NCBI GenBank assembly: GCA_026982335.1
Contig: JALSHH010000044.1
Coordinates: 85 to 64,084 of the forward strand
Direction: 5' to 3'
Source of the DNA: Phycisphaerales bacterium
Lineage (GTDB): Bacteria; Planctomycetota; Phycisphaerae; Phycisphaerales; UBA1924
Length of the DNA stretch: 64,000 nt
Below, one piece after another: positions 19,511 through 28,545 of the stretch; position 1 is the first letter of the stretch, and every line of letters starts with the position of its first letter. The position numbers and the translations under genes were made by a program. Under the pieces are notes generated by a model. It was given only the letters and a program-made list of their open reading frames with translations, did not search any database and was not told where the DNA came from.

Positions 19511-20017
19511 CTATTTCCCCGCCGGTTTGGCGAAAAGCCCTTGCTGGTCGGCGCTGGTCGTTGGGCGGGCGGAGAGATCATCGAGTTCGCGTTGGATGTC
19601 TTCGAGGGTCGAGAGTTGGAGGTGCTCGGTCGCGAACCGAATATAGGCAATCTTGTCCACATCGCGGAGCTTGGTCATCACGCGTTCGCCGACGAGTTGA
19701 GAGGGGACTTCGCGTTCGAACTCACTGTGAAGTTCTTCCTCGACCGTCTCGGCAAGTTTGAGTTTGATATCTTCGGAAATCGGGCGCTTGCCGCAAGCGT
19801 TGGAAACACCCTTCATGATGTTCTCGACCGAGAACGGCACCCGCGAACCATCGCGTTTGACAACCATCAGCCGACCGGCGGGCTCGACGCGTTCGTAGGT
19901 CGTGAATCTGCGTTCGCACTTGAGGCAATGCCGACGACGACGAATGACCGCCCCCCCTTCGGTCGAGCGGGAGTCGATGACTTTGTCCTGGTTGTAACTA
20001 CAGAATGGGCAGATCAT
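19511..20017 (-). CDS. nrdR: Transcriptional repressor NrdR
   Basis: MICPFCSYNQDKVIDSRSTEGGAVIRRRRHCLKCERRFTTYE is the zinc ribbon, followed by an ATP-cone. Confidence 0.96.
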   Translation of the reverse strand: MICPFCSYNQDKVIDSRSTEGGAVIRRRRHCLKCERRFTTYERVEPAGRLMVVKRDGSRVPFSVENIMKGVSNACGKRPISEDIKLKLAETVEEELHSEFEREVPSQLVGERVMTKLRDVDKIAYIRFATEHLQLSTLEDIQRELDDLSARPTTSADQQGLFAKPAGK

Positions 20018-20068
20018 GTGGTGGCTCCATGATGATTATATCAGGGAACCCGGTGGTCTGCCCGAAGA

Positions 20069-21781
20069 TCAATGATCTGAATCCGCAATCACAAGCGTAT
20101 CACCGACCATCAGTGAGCCAACATCAACATGCCCGCCCACGATATCCCTGATCGACCCAAGCCGCATGACCGCACCATCGCGTTGAATCGTAACGAATCG
20201 ATCAGGATCAATATCTCGCCCAGTAGTTGCGATCGTGAGCAAGCGACTAATTTTCATCCTCGGCACATACTCATACAAACCCGCTTTAACGCCAAAACCA
20301 CGCACAGCGACGGTGGGAACTTCAGTCGATGATTCTTGTGAATGGACATCAGGAAGAGTGAACACCTCGAAAAGCTCCGCATATTGGGATTCAATGAGCA
20401 ATTGACGGAGGTAATCATATCGCTGTTGATACTCATCGCGGCGCAACTCAAGCTCAAATCGTTTCGTAGAAAGAGCTTGAATCTGATCTTCAATTTTTTC
20501 TGCTTCATCCGAGTTCATATCTTGAGATTGCAACTCCACTTCCAACCGATATCGTTTGGCAGATGCGGCACCAACTTGATTCCCCAACGCAATATACTCA
20601 TCACGAACACGAATATACTCAGCACGAATCCGCTCGATGGCCTGCTTTCGCTGAACTTGTTGCATCCGTTGCTCTTCAACCAAAGCACGCTTTTGCTCTT
20701 GAACAATCTCTGTCTGTTTGGCAACACGCTCACGAATATCCGCAAGAAGTATCTCGATCTCTGCGTGCATCGAATCGGGAGCAGTAATCACCAGATTCGT
20801 TCCAAGCTCATTCATCGCAGCGAGATTCCCCCCCAAATCCGACCATGCACTCGGACGAATCTGCTCGATGATTGCGCTTCCGATATTCCGCACAATCAGA
20901 ACGCTTGAACTGGAGTTGGCAAGAACCGGAAGATCAGGATCAGGATTGGCCAAATCACCAAGACCATACACAACCCGGTGGGTGGTTCGCCGATCAAGCC
21001 CACGCCTGGTCGATACGAACAGAGCATCATCAATCTGTTGAGCAACGATCTCGTCATCCTCTCCATACTTACGCCATAGACTGGTATCTATCGCATTTGG
21101 AATCGAATCCAATACCTGTCCAAGCGTCCGCTCAGGATTGTTGACCAATCGAATGGTCATCGTTGGCGTCAGCCCACGCTGGTGGAATGCAACCCGATCA
21201 ATCTCAAGGGTCAAACCAAGCTTCTCGGCAAAAGGTTTGAGCAACTCAAAGTACGAAACATCTTGATTGACAGGCACTGTAGCGACTGTGGCGAGCAAAT
21301 CGTTGGACGCTCGACCCGTTTCAGACTCATGCGCAACCTCCCGATCACGATCACCCGGCACCACCACTGGCACCGCCCCACCACCACCCGGTGGTGCACT
21401 GGGCGCACCCGTACCAGTGATAAGCGTGAAACCTCCAAAGGACATGCCTCCTAAGGCGACGGCGATCAGGGCAGCGTTCATGATTTTTCTCCTTGGATTG
21501 ATTCGTGTGTGTGCATGGGTAATCAGTTTGGCAAGCTCGGCCGTCTCGCCAAGCTCTGCGACTGCGATCTGGATTGCTCTGGGTTCGGACTTGCCGACAA
21601 TCAACAAATCATCAACGCGGCTGCGCAGGTGATCCTCGAGTTCGTCGCGGATCTGGAGGCGTTGAGATTCGGACACCACCAGCATCGAGGTCAGGACATC
21701 GAGCCAAGACGAAATCGCGTCGCGGGTCGAAGGCACCACCGGCGGGTGCTTGGTTCGAGATTTGGGGGTGAGTTTGGTCAT
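20069..21781 (-). CDS. PadR-coupled membrane-anchored protein with coiled coil and SLBB-like C-terminus
   Basis: Overlaps the padR stop by 4 nt. An N-terminal helical module (RLQIRDELEDHLRSRVDDL...AVAELGETAELAKLI) is followed by one TM helix, a long heptad-like Glu/Arg/Gln-rich region, and a C-terminal beta-grasp-like segment (VAVRGFGVKAGLYEY...ISRLL). Domain names are tentative. Confidence 0.55.
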   Translation of the reverse strand: MTKLTPKSRTKHPPVVPSTRDAISSWLDVLTSMLVVSESQRLQIRDELEDHLRSRVDDLLIVGKSEPRAIQIAVAELGETAELAKLITHAHTRINPRRKIMNAALIAVALGGMSFGGFTLITGTGAPSAPPGGGGAVPVVVPGDRDREVAHESETGRASNDLLATVATVPVNQDVSYFELLKPFAEKLGLTLEIDRVAFHQRGLTPTMTIRLVNNPERTLGQVLDSIPNAIDTSLWRKYGEDDEIVAQQIDDALFVSTRRGLDRRTTHRVVYGLGDLANPDPDLPVLANSSSSVLIVRNIGSAIIEQIRPSAWSDLGGNLAAMNELGTNLVITAPDSMHAEIEILLADIRERVAKQTEIVQEQKRALVEEQRMQQVQRKQAIERIRAEYIRVRDEYIALGNQVGAASAKRYRLEVELQSQDMNSDEAEKIEDQIQALSTKRFELELRRDEYQQRYDYLRQLLIESQYAELFEVFTLPDVHSQESSTEVPTVAVRGFGVKAGLYEYVPRMKISRLLTIATTGRDIDPDRFVTIQRDGAVMRLGSIRDIVGGHVDVGSLMVGDTLVIADSDH

Positions 21782-22146
21782 CCGCTGGCCAGTTGGTTCT
21801 CGGGTGCTTGGGCAACAAACCCGTCGATGATGGATTGCGTTTGGCGATGGAGTTCGATGCGCCGCGCGAGTTGCTTATGACCCTTGGGGCTCAGCGTGTA
21901 CCACTTGCGTCGGCGCCCGGTCGAGTCTGGATCTGCACCAGCCGCTTTGACCTCTTCCCAACTGGTCGTGACCAGCCCGTTCTTTTCGAGTTTGGTGAGT
22001 AATGGGTACATTGCTGAGGGTAAGAGTTTGAAGTACCCGTCGGATTGAGTTGCGATGGCTTTGCTTATCGCGTAGCCATACGACGGGCCAATGGCAAGCA
22101 CAGAGAGGACGACGAGTTCTGAATGATCCTGTTTAAGGGTGAGCAT
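21778..22146 (-). CDS. PadR-family transcriptional regulator
   Basis: LVVLSVLAIGPSYGYAISKAI...MYPLLTKLEKNGLVTTSWEE...RRKWYTLSPKG is the winged-helix PadR signature. The start is taken at MLTLKQ (ATG 22146). Confidence 0.88.
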   Translation of the reverse strand: MLTLKQDHSELVVLSVLAIGPSYGYAISKAIATQSDGYFKLLPSAMYPLLTKLEKNGLVTTSWEEVKAAGADPDSTGRRRKWYTLSPKGHKQLARRIELHRQTQSIIDGFVAQAPENQLASG

Positions 22147-22285
22147 GGTCTGGTTCCTTTGAGAGACGGACTTGCCCAATAATACGGCAAAGAATATATC
22201 GAGGTTCGATATATCCAAATAAATACCGCAATTTCCATTTTTGCATGGAAGAAAATGGGGTTGCGATATATTCTTATTTCACGAA

Positions 22286-22759
22286 ATGAGAAGCCATATG
22301 CGCCAACTAACTGATCTCGCCAACGCCCTTTCTGATCCCAATCGCATCCGATTGCTCGCAGCCTGCCTTGATGGTGAGCGCTGTGTATGCCAATTGGTCG
22401 AATTGATTGAGCTCTCAAACGCCTCGATCTCGAAGCATCTGGCGGTGCTCAAACGCGCCGGGCTGCTCGAATCACGCAAGGACGGGCGATGGGTGCATTA
22501 CCGCATCCCCGACGCCCCCGCTCCATTGGTCGCCAACGCGATCGAAGTGATCCAAACCCATATACGCGAAGATGCGATCATCTTGGCAGATCAGGAGAAA
22601 CTCAAAGCCATCGACTCGATTGATCCGAGCGATCTTGCCCGGATGCAACGCGAAGGATGTTGTCTCCCAACGAAGAAGGAATCCTGCCATGAAAACCAAC
22701 GATCAAATCCGCGAACAAATCCGCGCAGACTACGCCAGTATCGCCACGACCAACAATGA
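22286..22759 (+). CDS. arsR: ArsR/SmtB-family metalloregulator
   Basis: LANALSDPNRIRLLAACLDGERCVCQLVELIELSNASISKHLAVLKRAGLLESRKDGRWVHY. It also has a C-terminal Cys cluster CCLPTKKESC and sits directly upstream of arsM. Confidence 0.88.
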   Translation: MRSHMRQLTDLANALSDPNRIRLLAACLDGERCVCQLVELIELSNASISKHLAVLKRAGLLESRKDGRWVHYRIPDAPAPLVANAIEVIQTHIREDAIILADQEKLKAIDSIDPSDLARMQREGCCLPTKKESCHENQRSNPRTNPRRLRQYRHDQQ

Positions 22760-23540
22760 TTCATGCTGTTGCGCAGGTGCCTGTGGCGTCACCGAATCCA
22801 TCGACGCAACCGACCTTGCCGAGCAGATCGGCTACACCAGAGAAGAACTCGAAGCGCTCCCTGGCGATGCCAACATGGGGCTCTCCTGCGGCAACCCAAC
22901 GGTAATCGCGGCTCTGAAAGAGGGCGAAACCATCCTCGATCTCGGTTCAGGTGGCGGGTTTGATGTGTTTCTCGCCGGGCCTAAAGTCGGCCAATCCGGA
23001 CAGGCGATCGGTGTCGATATGACCCACGAGATGATCGCCAAAGCCCGCAAAAATATTCTCCATTACCAGAGAGCAACAGGGCTCGATAATGTTGAGTTTC
23101 GGCTCGGAGAGATCGAACACCTCCCCGTCGCGGATCATTCGGTCGATGTCATCATCTCGAACTGTGTGCTCAACCTCTCGATGGACAAGCAGCAGGTCTG
23201 GAACGAAATCAGCCGCGTCCTCAAGCCCGGCGGACGGGTCGCGGTATCGGATATCGCCCTGCTCAAACCCTTGCCCGAAGCGGTCAAAGAACTTGTTGAA
23301 TCCTGGGCAGGGTGTGTCGCCGGAGCGATCTTGGTCGAGGAGATGCGCGAGCAAATGAACAAAGCAGGGTTGACGGAAATCAAACTCACGCCCAAGGCAA
23401 ACTATGTACACACGCTGGTATCGGCGAATGATCCGCTGTACCAAAAAATCGAGGAACTGTTCCCAACGGGGGAATCGGTCGCCGATGTGATCACGAGTGT
23501 GGATATCGTGGCCAACAAACCCAGCGGGTGTTGCCAATAA
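22689..23540 (+). CDS. arsM: Arsenite S-adenosylmethionine methyltransferase
   Basis: An N-terminal Cys cluster (DSCCCAGACG), the SAM motif ILDLGSGGGFDVF, and the later conserved Cys (WAGCVAGA). ATG 22689 overlaps the arsR 3' end. Confidence 0.9.
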   Translation: MKTNDQIREQIRADYASIATTNNDSCCCAGACGVTESIDATDLAEQIGYTREELEALPGDANMGLSCGNPTVIAALKEGETILDLGSGGGFDVFLAGPKVGQSGQAIGVDMTHEMIAKARKNILHYQRATGLDNVEFRLGEIEHLPVADHSVDVIISNCVLNLSMDKQQVWNEISRVLKPGGRVAVSDIALLKPLPEAVKELVESWAGCVAGAILVEEMREQMNKAGLTEIKLTPKANYVHTLVSANDPLYQKIEELFPTGESVADVITSVDIVANKPSGCCQ

Positions 23541-23542
23541 CC

Positions 23543-23587
23543 CCAACCCGATGGAAAGGCATCCCGCCGCCAGTGCCATCGGGTTGG
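23543..23587 (+). terminator. Hairpin downstream of arsM (possible terminator)
   Basis: CCAACCCGATGG ... CCATCGGGTTGG forms a 12-bp stem with a 21-nt loop. There is no clear T-tract. Confidence 0.35.
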
Positions 23588-23721
23588 TTCCCCACCACGC
23601 AAGAAATCATTGGAAAATCGCCCCCATCCTCAGCCAACGCGGGGCATTTTTCATAGGATTGGGCAATTCGTACACCACTGCCCGGGCATGACGCCTGGCT
23701 ACAGATACAGCGAGCAGGAAT

Positions 23722-25800
23722 ATGCCTCAGATTACACTCCCAGATGGTTCCGTCAAATCCTTCGACCACTCGGTCTCTGCATTCGATGTCGCCATGACCA
23801 TTGGCGAACGATTGGCCAAAGCCTGCGTCGGGTGCTTGATCGACGAGGAACTCTGTGATCTCAACACCGTCATTGAAAGCGACTGCACACTCTCACTTGT
23901 CACCGAAAAGACCCGCGACAAACAAGATGACCCCAACGCATTATTCTTGCTCCGCCATTCGACCGCCCATGTGATGGCCGAGGCGATCCAAAGGCTGATC
24001 CCCGGCGCCATGCTGGTGTATGGTCCGCCTTTGGAGAACAGCTTTTACTACGACATCAAGTTCCCCGATGACCGTCCACTCAAGGACGGTGATTTTGAAG
24101 CCATTGAAAAAGAAATGACGGCAATCATCAAGGAGAACCGCCCGTTTACACGCTATGAACTCGAATACTCTGAGGGAATCAGAAAAATTGAAGCAGAAGG
24201 ATCCAAATACAAACTCGATAACGCCCATCGTGCGCACGAAGCGGGTTCTTTGTCGTTGACCTTCTACGCCACTGGTGAACCGGGGAAAGACTGGGAAGAC
24301 CTGTGCCGAGGACCACACCTCCCATCCACCGGGCGTATCGGTGCTTTCAAAATTATGTCACTGGCCTCCTCGTACTGGCACGGCGACGAAAACTCCGATC
24401 GGTTGACCCGTGTCTATGGCACTTCGTTCTTCAACAAAAAAGACCTCAAGGCCCACCTCGAACGATTAGAAGAAGCCAAAAAACGCGATCATCGTGTGCT
24501 GGGCAAAAAACTTCGGCTCTTCGCCATCGACGATGCCGTCGGACAAGGGCTGATCCTCTGGACACCCAACGGGTCGATCGTCCGCAAAGAACTCCAGAAC
24601 TTCATCAGCGCCGAACTTACCAAACAAGGGTACTCTGAAGTCTTCACGCCTCACATCGGCAAGCTGGATCTGTATCGCACCTCAGGGCACTTCCCCTACT
24701 ACGCCGACTCGCAGTTTCCCCCACTGATCGAGCGCGATCACCTCGTCGAGCTTTCTGAAGAAGGGTGCAGCTGCGCCCAACTCTCCAACAACATGAGCAC
24801 AGGTCAAATCGAAGGTTTTATGCTCAAACCCATGAACTGCCCGCACCATATCAAGGTGTTCGACTCGCAGCCCCACTCATACAAAGACCTCCCCGTCCGA
24901 CTCGCCGAGTTTGGCACAGTGTATCGGTGGGAGCAATCCGGCGAACTCAACGGCATGACCCGCGTCCGTGGATTTACCCAAGACGACGCCCACCTCTTCT
25001 GCACACCCGATCAGATCGGCGCAGAACTCCAAGGATGCTTGTCACTCGTCAAAATCATCTTCGATGTGCTGGGCATGATTGATTATCGTGTGCGGGTCGG
25101 GTTGCGTGATCCTGATTCCGGCAAATACACCGGCGATCCGGCCAACTGGGACAAGGCCGAGCAGGCGTGTCGCGAGGCCGCCCAAACGCTCGGCGTACCG
25201 TTCACCGAAGAGCCCGGAGAAGCTGCATTCTATGGGCCGAAGATTGACTTCATCGTCAAAGATGTCATCGGCCGAGAATGGCAACTCGGCACCGTCCAAG
25301 TCGACTACAACCTCCCCGAACGCTTCAACCTCAGCTACATCGGCGCCGACAACGAAAAACACCGCCCCGTGATGATCCACCGCGCCCCCTTCGGCTCAAT
25401 GGAAAGATTCATAGGCGTCCTCATCGAACACTTCGCCGGCGCCTTCCCCGTCTGGCTCGCCCCCGAACAAGTCCGCGTCCTCCCCATCTCCGAAAAGAGC
25501 AACGACTACGCCGCCGAGGTCCTCGCCCAACTCAAAGCCGTCGGCATCCGCGCGACCAGCGACACCCACGACCAACGCATCCAAGCCAAAATCAAAAACG
25601 GTTCCGAAATGAAGATCCCCTACCTCCTCATCGTCGGCCCCCGCGACGCCGAGGCGAAGGCCGTCTCCGTCCGAGCGTTTGGCACAGAGAAAGACCTGGG
25701 CTCCATGCCGCTCGATGAGTTCATCGCCGCCATCGCCAACGAATACGAATCCAAAGGCACAACGACCGTCAAAGAACGCTTCGCAACCGCAACGGTCTAG
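23722..25800 (+). CDS. thrS: Threonyl-tRNA synthetase
   Basis: 692 aa with TGS, editing (HSTAHVMA) and class II core motifs (FRWEQSGELNGMTRVRGFTQDDAH, HRAPFGSMERF) plus an anticodon-binding domain. Confidence 0.97.
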   Translation: MPQITLPDGSVKSFDHSVSAFDVAMTIGERLAKACVGCLIDEELCDLNTVIESDCTLSLVTEKTRDKQDDPNALFLLRHSTAHVMAEAIQRLIPGAMLVYGPPLENSFYYDIKFPDDRPLKDGDFEAIEKEMTAIIKENRPFTRYELEYSEGIRKIEAEGSKYKLDNAHRAHEAGSLSLTFYATGEPGKDWEDLCRGPHLPSTGRIGAFKIMSLASSYWHGDENSDRLTRVYGTSFFNKKDLKAHLERLEEAKKRDHRVLGKKLRLFAIDDAVGQGLILWTPNGSIVRKELQNFISAELTKQGYSEVFTPHIGKLDLYRTSGHFPYYADSQFPPLIERDHLVELSEEGCSCAQLSNNMSTGQIEGFMLKPMNCPHHIKVFDSQPHSYKDLPVRLAEFGTVYRWEQSGELNGMTRVRGFTQDDAHLFCTPDQIGAELQGCLSLVKIIFDVLGMIDYRVRVGLRDPDSGKYTGDPANWDKAEQACREAAQTLGVPFTEEPGEAAFYGPKIDFIVKDVIGREWQLGTVQVDYNLPERFNLSYIGADNEKHRPVMIHRAPFGSMERFIGVLIEHFAGAFPVWLAPEQVRVLPISEKSNDYAAEVLAQLKAVGIRATSDTHDQRIQAKIKNGSEMKIPYLLIVGPRDAEAKAVSVRAFGTEKDLGSMPLDEFIAAIANEYESKGTTTVKERFATATV

Positions 25801-25917
25801 GTCGTGCCTGATGGCTCGGAGTTTTCTTTTCTGGGTGCCCCGTCGGAGCCATCTTCGGTTCCTTCGGGTCAAACACCGACTGCTTTCGACCCCAAAATCC
25901 GATCCCGACGGGCAGTC

Positions 25918-25948
25918 AAAAAAACAGGGCTGGGAATTTCCAGCCCTG
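25918..25948 (-). terminator. Rho-independent terminator of the AT-rich two-gene operon (also closes thrS)
   Basis: Stem CAGGGCTGG / CCAGCCCTG (25925-25948) is followed on the minus strand by T7 (25918-25924). Confidence 0.75.
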
Positions 25949-25971
25949 TAAGTAAGAGATAGTGATTACTA

Positions 25972-26576
25972 CTACGGAGAAAACACCCTTTGAATTCGAG
26001 CATAAAGTTGCTCACTGACATCTTCACCCCATTTCAGAGCCTGCAACACACTCTCCTCTTTAGATCCGGAAAGTGTTCTTGCACGAATTATATACTGACC
26101 TCTGACTTCACGCAAACTTGACAGTTGATTTGATATCTTTTCGAGATGTTGATCCGCTATCTTGATCATTTCATTTGCACTTTCACCCTCCAATTCTCCA
26201 CTTTCTATGCGATCAAGCACAAAATCGACTGCCAGTGCAATATCAGATGACAGATCTACAATGGGCTGAAAAAAATCAATGCTCATGTCAAACTGAAAAT
26301 CAGTCCATTCCTTTGATTCTCGCTGATTACCAGCAGCAACCAACGCTTCATAGCACTTTCCAAGTTCAAGTGTTTGACTGTACATTTCCATTGCCAAGGC
26401 AAGCCGCAGCTCAGCCCCATTTTCCCAAACCAAGGCAACTTCTGTCTGACATGTTTTTTTCCATCACCCTCCGTCTGACTTCCTGATATCCCGAGAACAC
26501 CCGCTCCGAGCATTGATCCGAAAGTAAAAACGAGTAAGGGCGCACGCCAACTATTCAAACCTGTATGTTTATTCAT
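25972..26576 (-). CDS. Small secreted protein, reading frame split at an A7 tract
   Basis: A signal peptide ORF (26576..about 26455, MNKHTGLNSWRAPLLVFTFGSMLGAGVLG...) is in one frame and the 153-aa body (26433..25972) is in the -1 frame. The frames meet at GGA AAA AAA C. The gene overlaps the upstream gene stop by ATGA. Confidence 0.55.
26454..26460 (-). repeat. A7 homopolymer (T7 on the plus strand) at the frame junction
   Basis: Read directly. In the upstream frame it is phased as A AAA AAA, and the downstream frame has a TGA immediately 5' of the tract. Confidence 0.9.
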
Positions 26577-27694
26577 TCTACCACTCCTTGACTTCGAGCA
26601 AAGAAATCTTCAAAACTAGAAATATCCGCTGGTGTCAACACACCATCTCCGTCCACATCTGTATACGGATCACCATTGTTGTAATCCATCAAAAAATCTG
26701 CAACATCACTGCTTGACAACACGCCATCCCTATTCCAATCAGAAATCGGGAAAGGCATTAATGGGAAAACGGTATCGCCTGCAACCAACCCATTTGTAGA
26801 GATACGATAACTATCACCGACCTGTTCTAAAGGAACCTCAAGAGTATAGAAAATCACGAAGCCAAATCTCAATTCTCCGAGGCTGTCCAAGTATCCATGC
26901 TCAATGCGAAATGTAGACACAAGCTCAATTGTTCCGTCCAGATTATAATCTACATACCTATCTGAACTCGTATCGAGAGCTGCTCGAAGTTCAGGTATTT
27001 GATCATCGTTGACAGTTGGTACCCCAGCGAATGAGCCACCCAGTACAGGATAGCGATTCACACCGTTAGGAAGTACTTCAACACCCCCGAGACGCATCTG
27101 GCCAGAAATCATCCAAGTTGCATCTATATCAACGCTGTCAATCCCCTCGTAGACTCTCGTAAAAAATCCGTTGAGCATAAATCTGCCCTCAGCAAGCAAT
27201 TTGGGACGCGCATCTCCTACTAAATTTTGTTGTAGAAACGCCCCGACTTGTCCAAAACTTGGAGCAAAAACTGCCAATGACGATTCTGAGATCAAATCCA
27301 GTTCGATCGCGACATCATCGTCTCCGATTTCCTCGGAATTCCCTAGTTTTATCTCGATTGCCGGCACAACATCAAGAAGTGATTTAATTAAATCGCGAGC
27401 GGCTTTTCTGTCTTCGCTAGATTCAGACATTTCATAGTTAACAATCGCCGCTTTTACTGTCCGGTACCAAAGACCAATAGCAGCCCTCTCTTCATCTGAA
27501 CATCCAAACTCACGGCATCTCTGCAGCTCATTTTGATATGTCCGATCAGCATCTTTACGCCATTCCTTGGCACAACCAGGAGCCATAAGAAGAAGAAAAA
27601 TCAAAACGAGGAACGAGGAACGAGGAACGAGGAACGAGGAACGAGTCGAAACATTATATTCTCCAATACGGAACCAATCGATGCCGTGGTGCAT
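26573..27694 (-). CDS. Lipoprotein-like secreted protein with C-terminal dockerin/EF-hand-like Ca-binding repeat pair
   Basis: 373 aa. The signal region ends LLLMAPGC. The C-terminus has DWNRDGVLSSSD and DVDGDGVLTPAD (DxNxDGxxxxxD twice). The region is visibly AT-richer than its flanks. Confidence 0.7.
   Translation of the reverse strand: MHHGIDWFRIGEYNVSTRSSFLVPRSSFLVLIFLLLMAPGCAKEWRKDADRTYQNELQRCREFGCSDEERAAIGLWYRTVKAAIVNYEMSESSEDRKAARDLIKSLLDVVPAIEIKLGNSEEIGDDDVAIELDLISESSLAVFAPSFGQVGAFLQQNLVGDARPKLLAEGRFMLNGFFTRVYEGIDSVDIDATWMISGQMRLGGVEVLPNGVNRYPVLGGSFAGVPTVNDDQIPELRAALDTSSDRYVDYNLDGTIELVSTFRIEHGYLDSLGELRFGFVIFYTLEVPLEQVGDSYRISTNGLVAGDTVFPLMPFPISDWNRDGVLSSSDVADFLMDYNNGDPYTDVDGDGVLTPADISSFEDFFARSQGVVE
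27606..27645. repeat. Heptanucleotide tandem repeat (ACGAGGA)x5 plus a 5-nt partial copy
   Basis: Read directly. On the coding (minus) strand it is TCCTCGT repeated, translating as SSFLVPRSSFLV within the predicted signal peptide of the 26573..27694 gene. Confidence 0.95.
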
Positions 27695-27782
27695 CCACGA
27701 CTACCACCCATCATAACGGCTTCTTGACTGCACCGCAACCCCTAAACAGGGGTTTGCAGGCAAGATGGAATTGACCTGCATT

Positions 27783-28523
27783 CTACCCACCATTGGCTGA
27801 AAATCGAGCAATCATCTCCACCGCCTCTTCGGGATCATCCGTCCACTGCACAAGATCCAAATCCACGGGGCTGATCGTCTCGTTGGCGATCAGCGCGTTC
27901 TCAATAAACACACGCATGTGCTCCCAAAAATCCTTCCCCATCACAATGATCGGAAACTTCTCAATCTTCTTGGTCTGGATCAGCACCAGCGTCTCGAATA
28001 CCTCGTCCATCGTCCCGAACCCGCCGGGCATCACGATGAATGCCTTGGAGTATTTGACGAGCATCACTTTGCGAACGAAAAAGTATTTGAAATCAACGAA
28101 GAGATCAAGGTAGGGATTGGGATATTGCTCGTGGGGGAGTTCAATGTTGCATCCAATCGAAAGCCCGTTGCCTTCGCGTGCCCCGCGGTTGGCAGCTTCC
28201 ATGATGCCTGGCCCTCCCCCGGTCATCGTGGCATAGCCTGAGTCGGCGAGCTTCTTGCCGACCGCTTGGGCGAGTTGGTAATATTCGTTGTCTTCCTCGA
28301 ACCGAGCCGATCCAAAGACAGTGACGCATGGGCCGATGAAATGAAGCCGCCGAAACCCTCGGATAAACTCGATGAAAATGTTGATCGCAGTAAAGAGCTC
28401 TTGGCGGCGCAGACGCGGGCCTTTGAGCAGGTGATGCTCCGAGCCCTCCGGCGGCCTCTTGCCCCAATCGCAACATTCCTCTGGATGAGGACGAGCAGGT
28501 TGGATTGGTTCGTTGCTGGCCAT
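27783..28523 (-). CDS. LOG-family (TIGR00730) nucleotide 5'-monophosphate nucleosidase-like protein
   Basis: VTVFGSAR...MTGGGPGIMEAANRGA...PGGFGTMDEVFE are classical LOG motifs. The start is taken at MASNEP (ATG 28523). Confidence 0.88.
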   Translation of the reverse strand: MASNEPIQPARPHPEECCDWGKRPPEGSEHHLLKGPRLRRQELFTAINIFIEFIRGFRRLHFIGPCVTVFGSARFEEDNEYYQLAQAVGKKLADSGYATMTGGGPGIMEAANRGAREGNGLSIGCNIELPHEQYPNPYLDLFVDFKYFFVRKVMLVKYSKAFIVMPGGFGTMDEVFETLVLIQTKKIEKFPIIVMGKDFWEHMRVFIENALIANETISPVDLDLVQWTDDPEEAVEMIARFSANGG

Positions 28524-28545
28524 TGACCGATATTCTAGGCTTGAG

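Noticed and set aside
18621-19646. 341-aa plus-strand ORF
   Set aside because: It is antisense to scoA and reads through the palindromic repeat. It is a shadow ORF.
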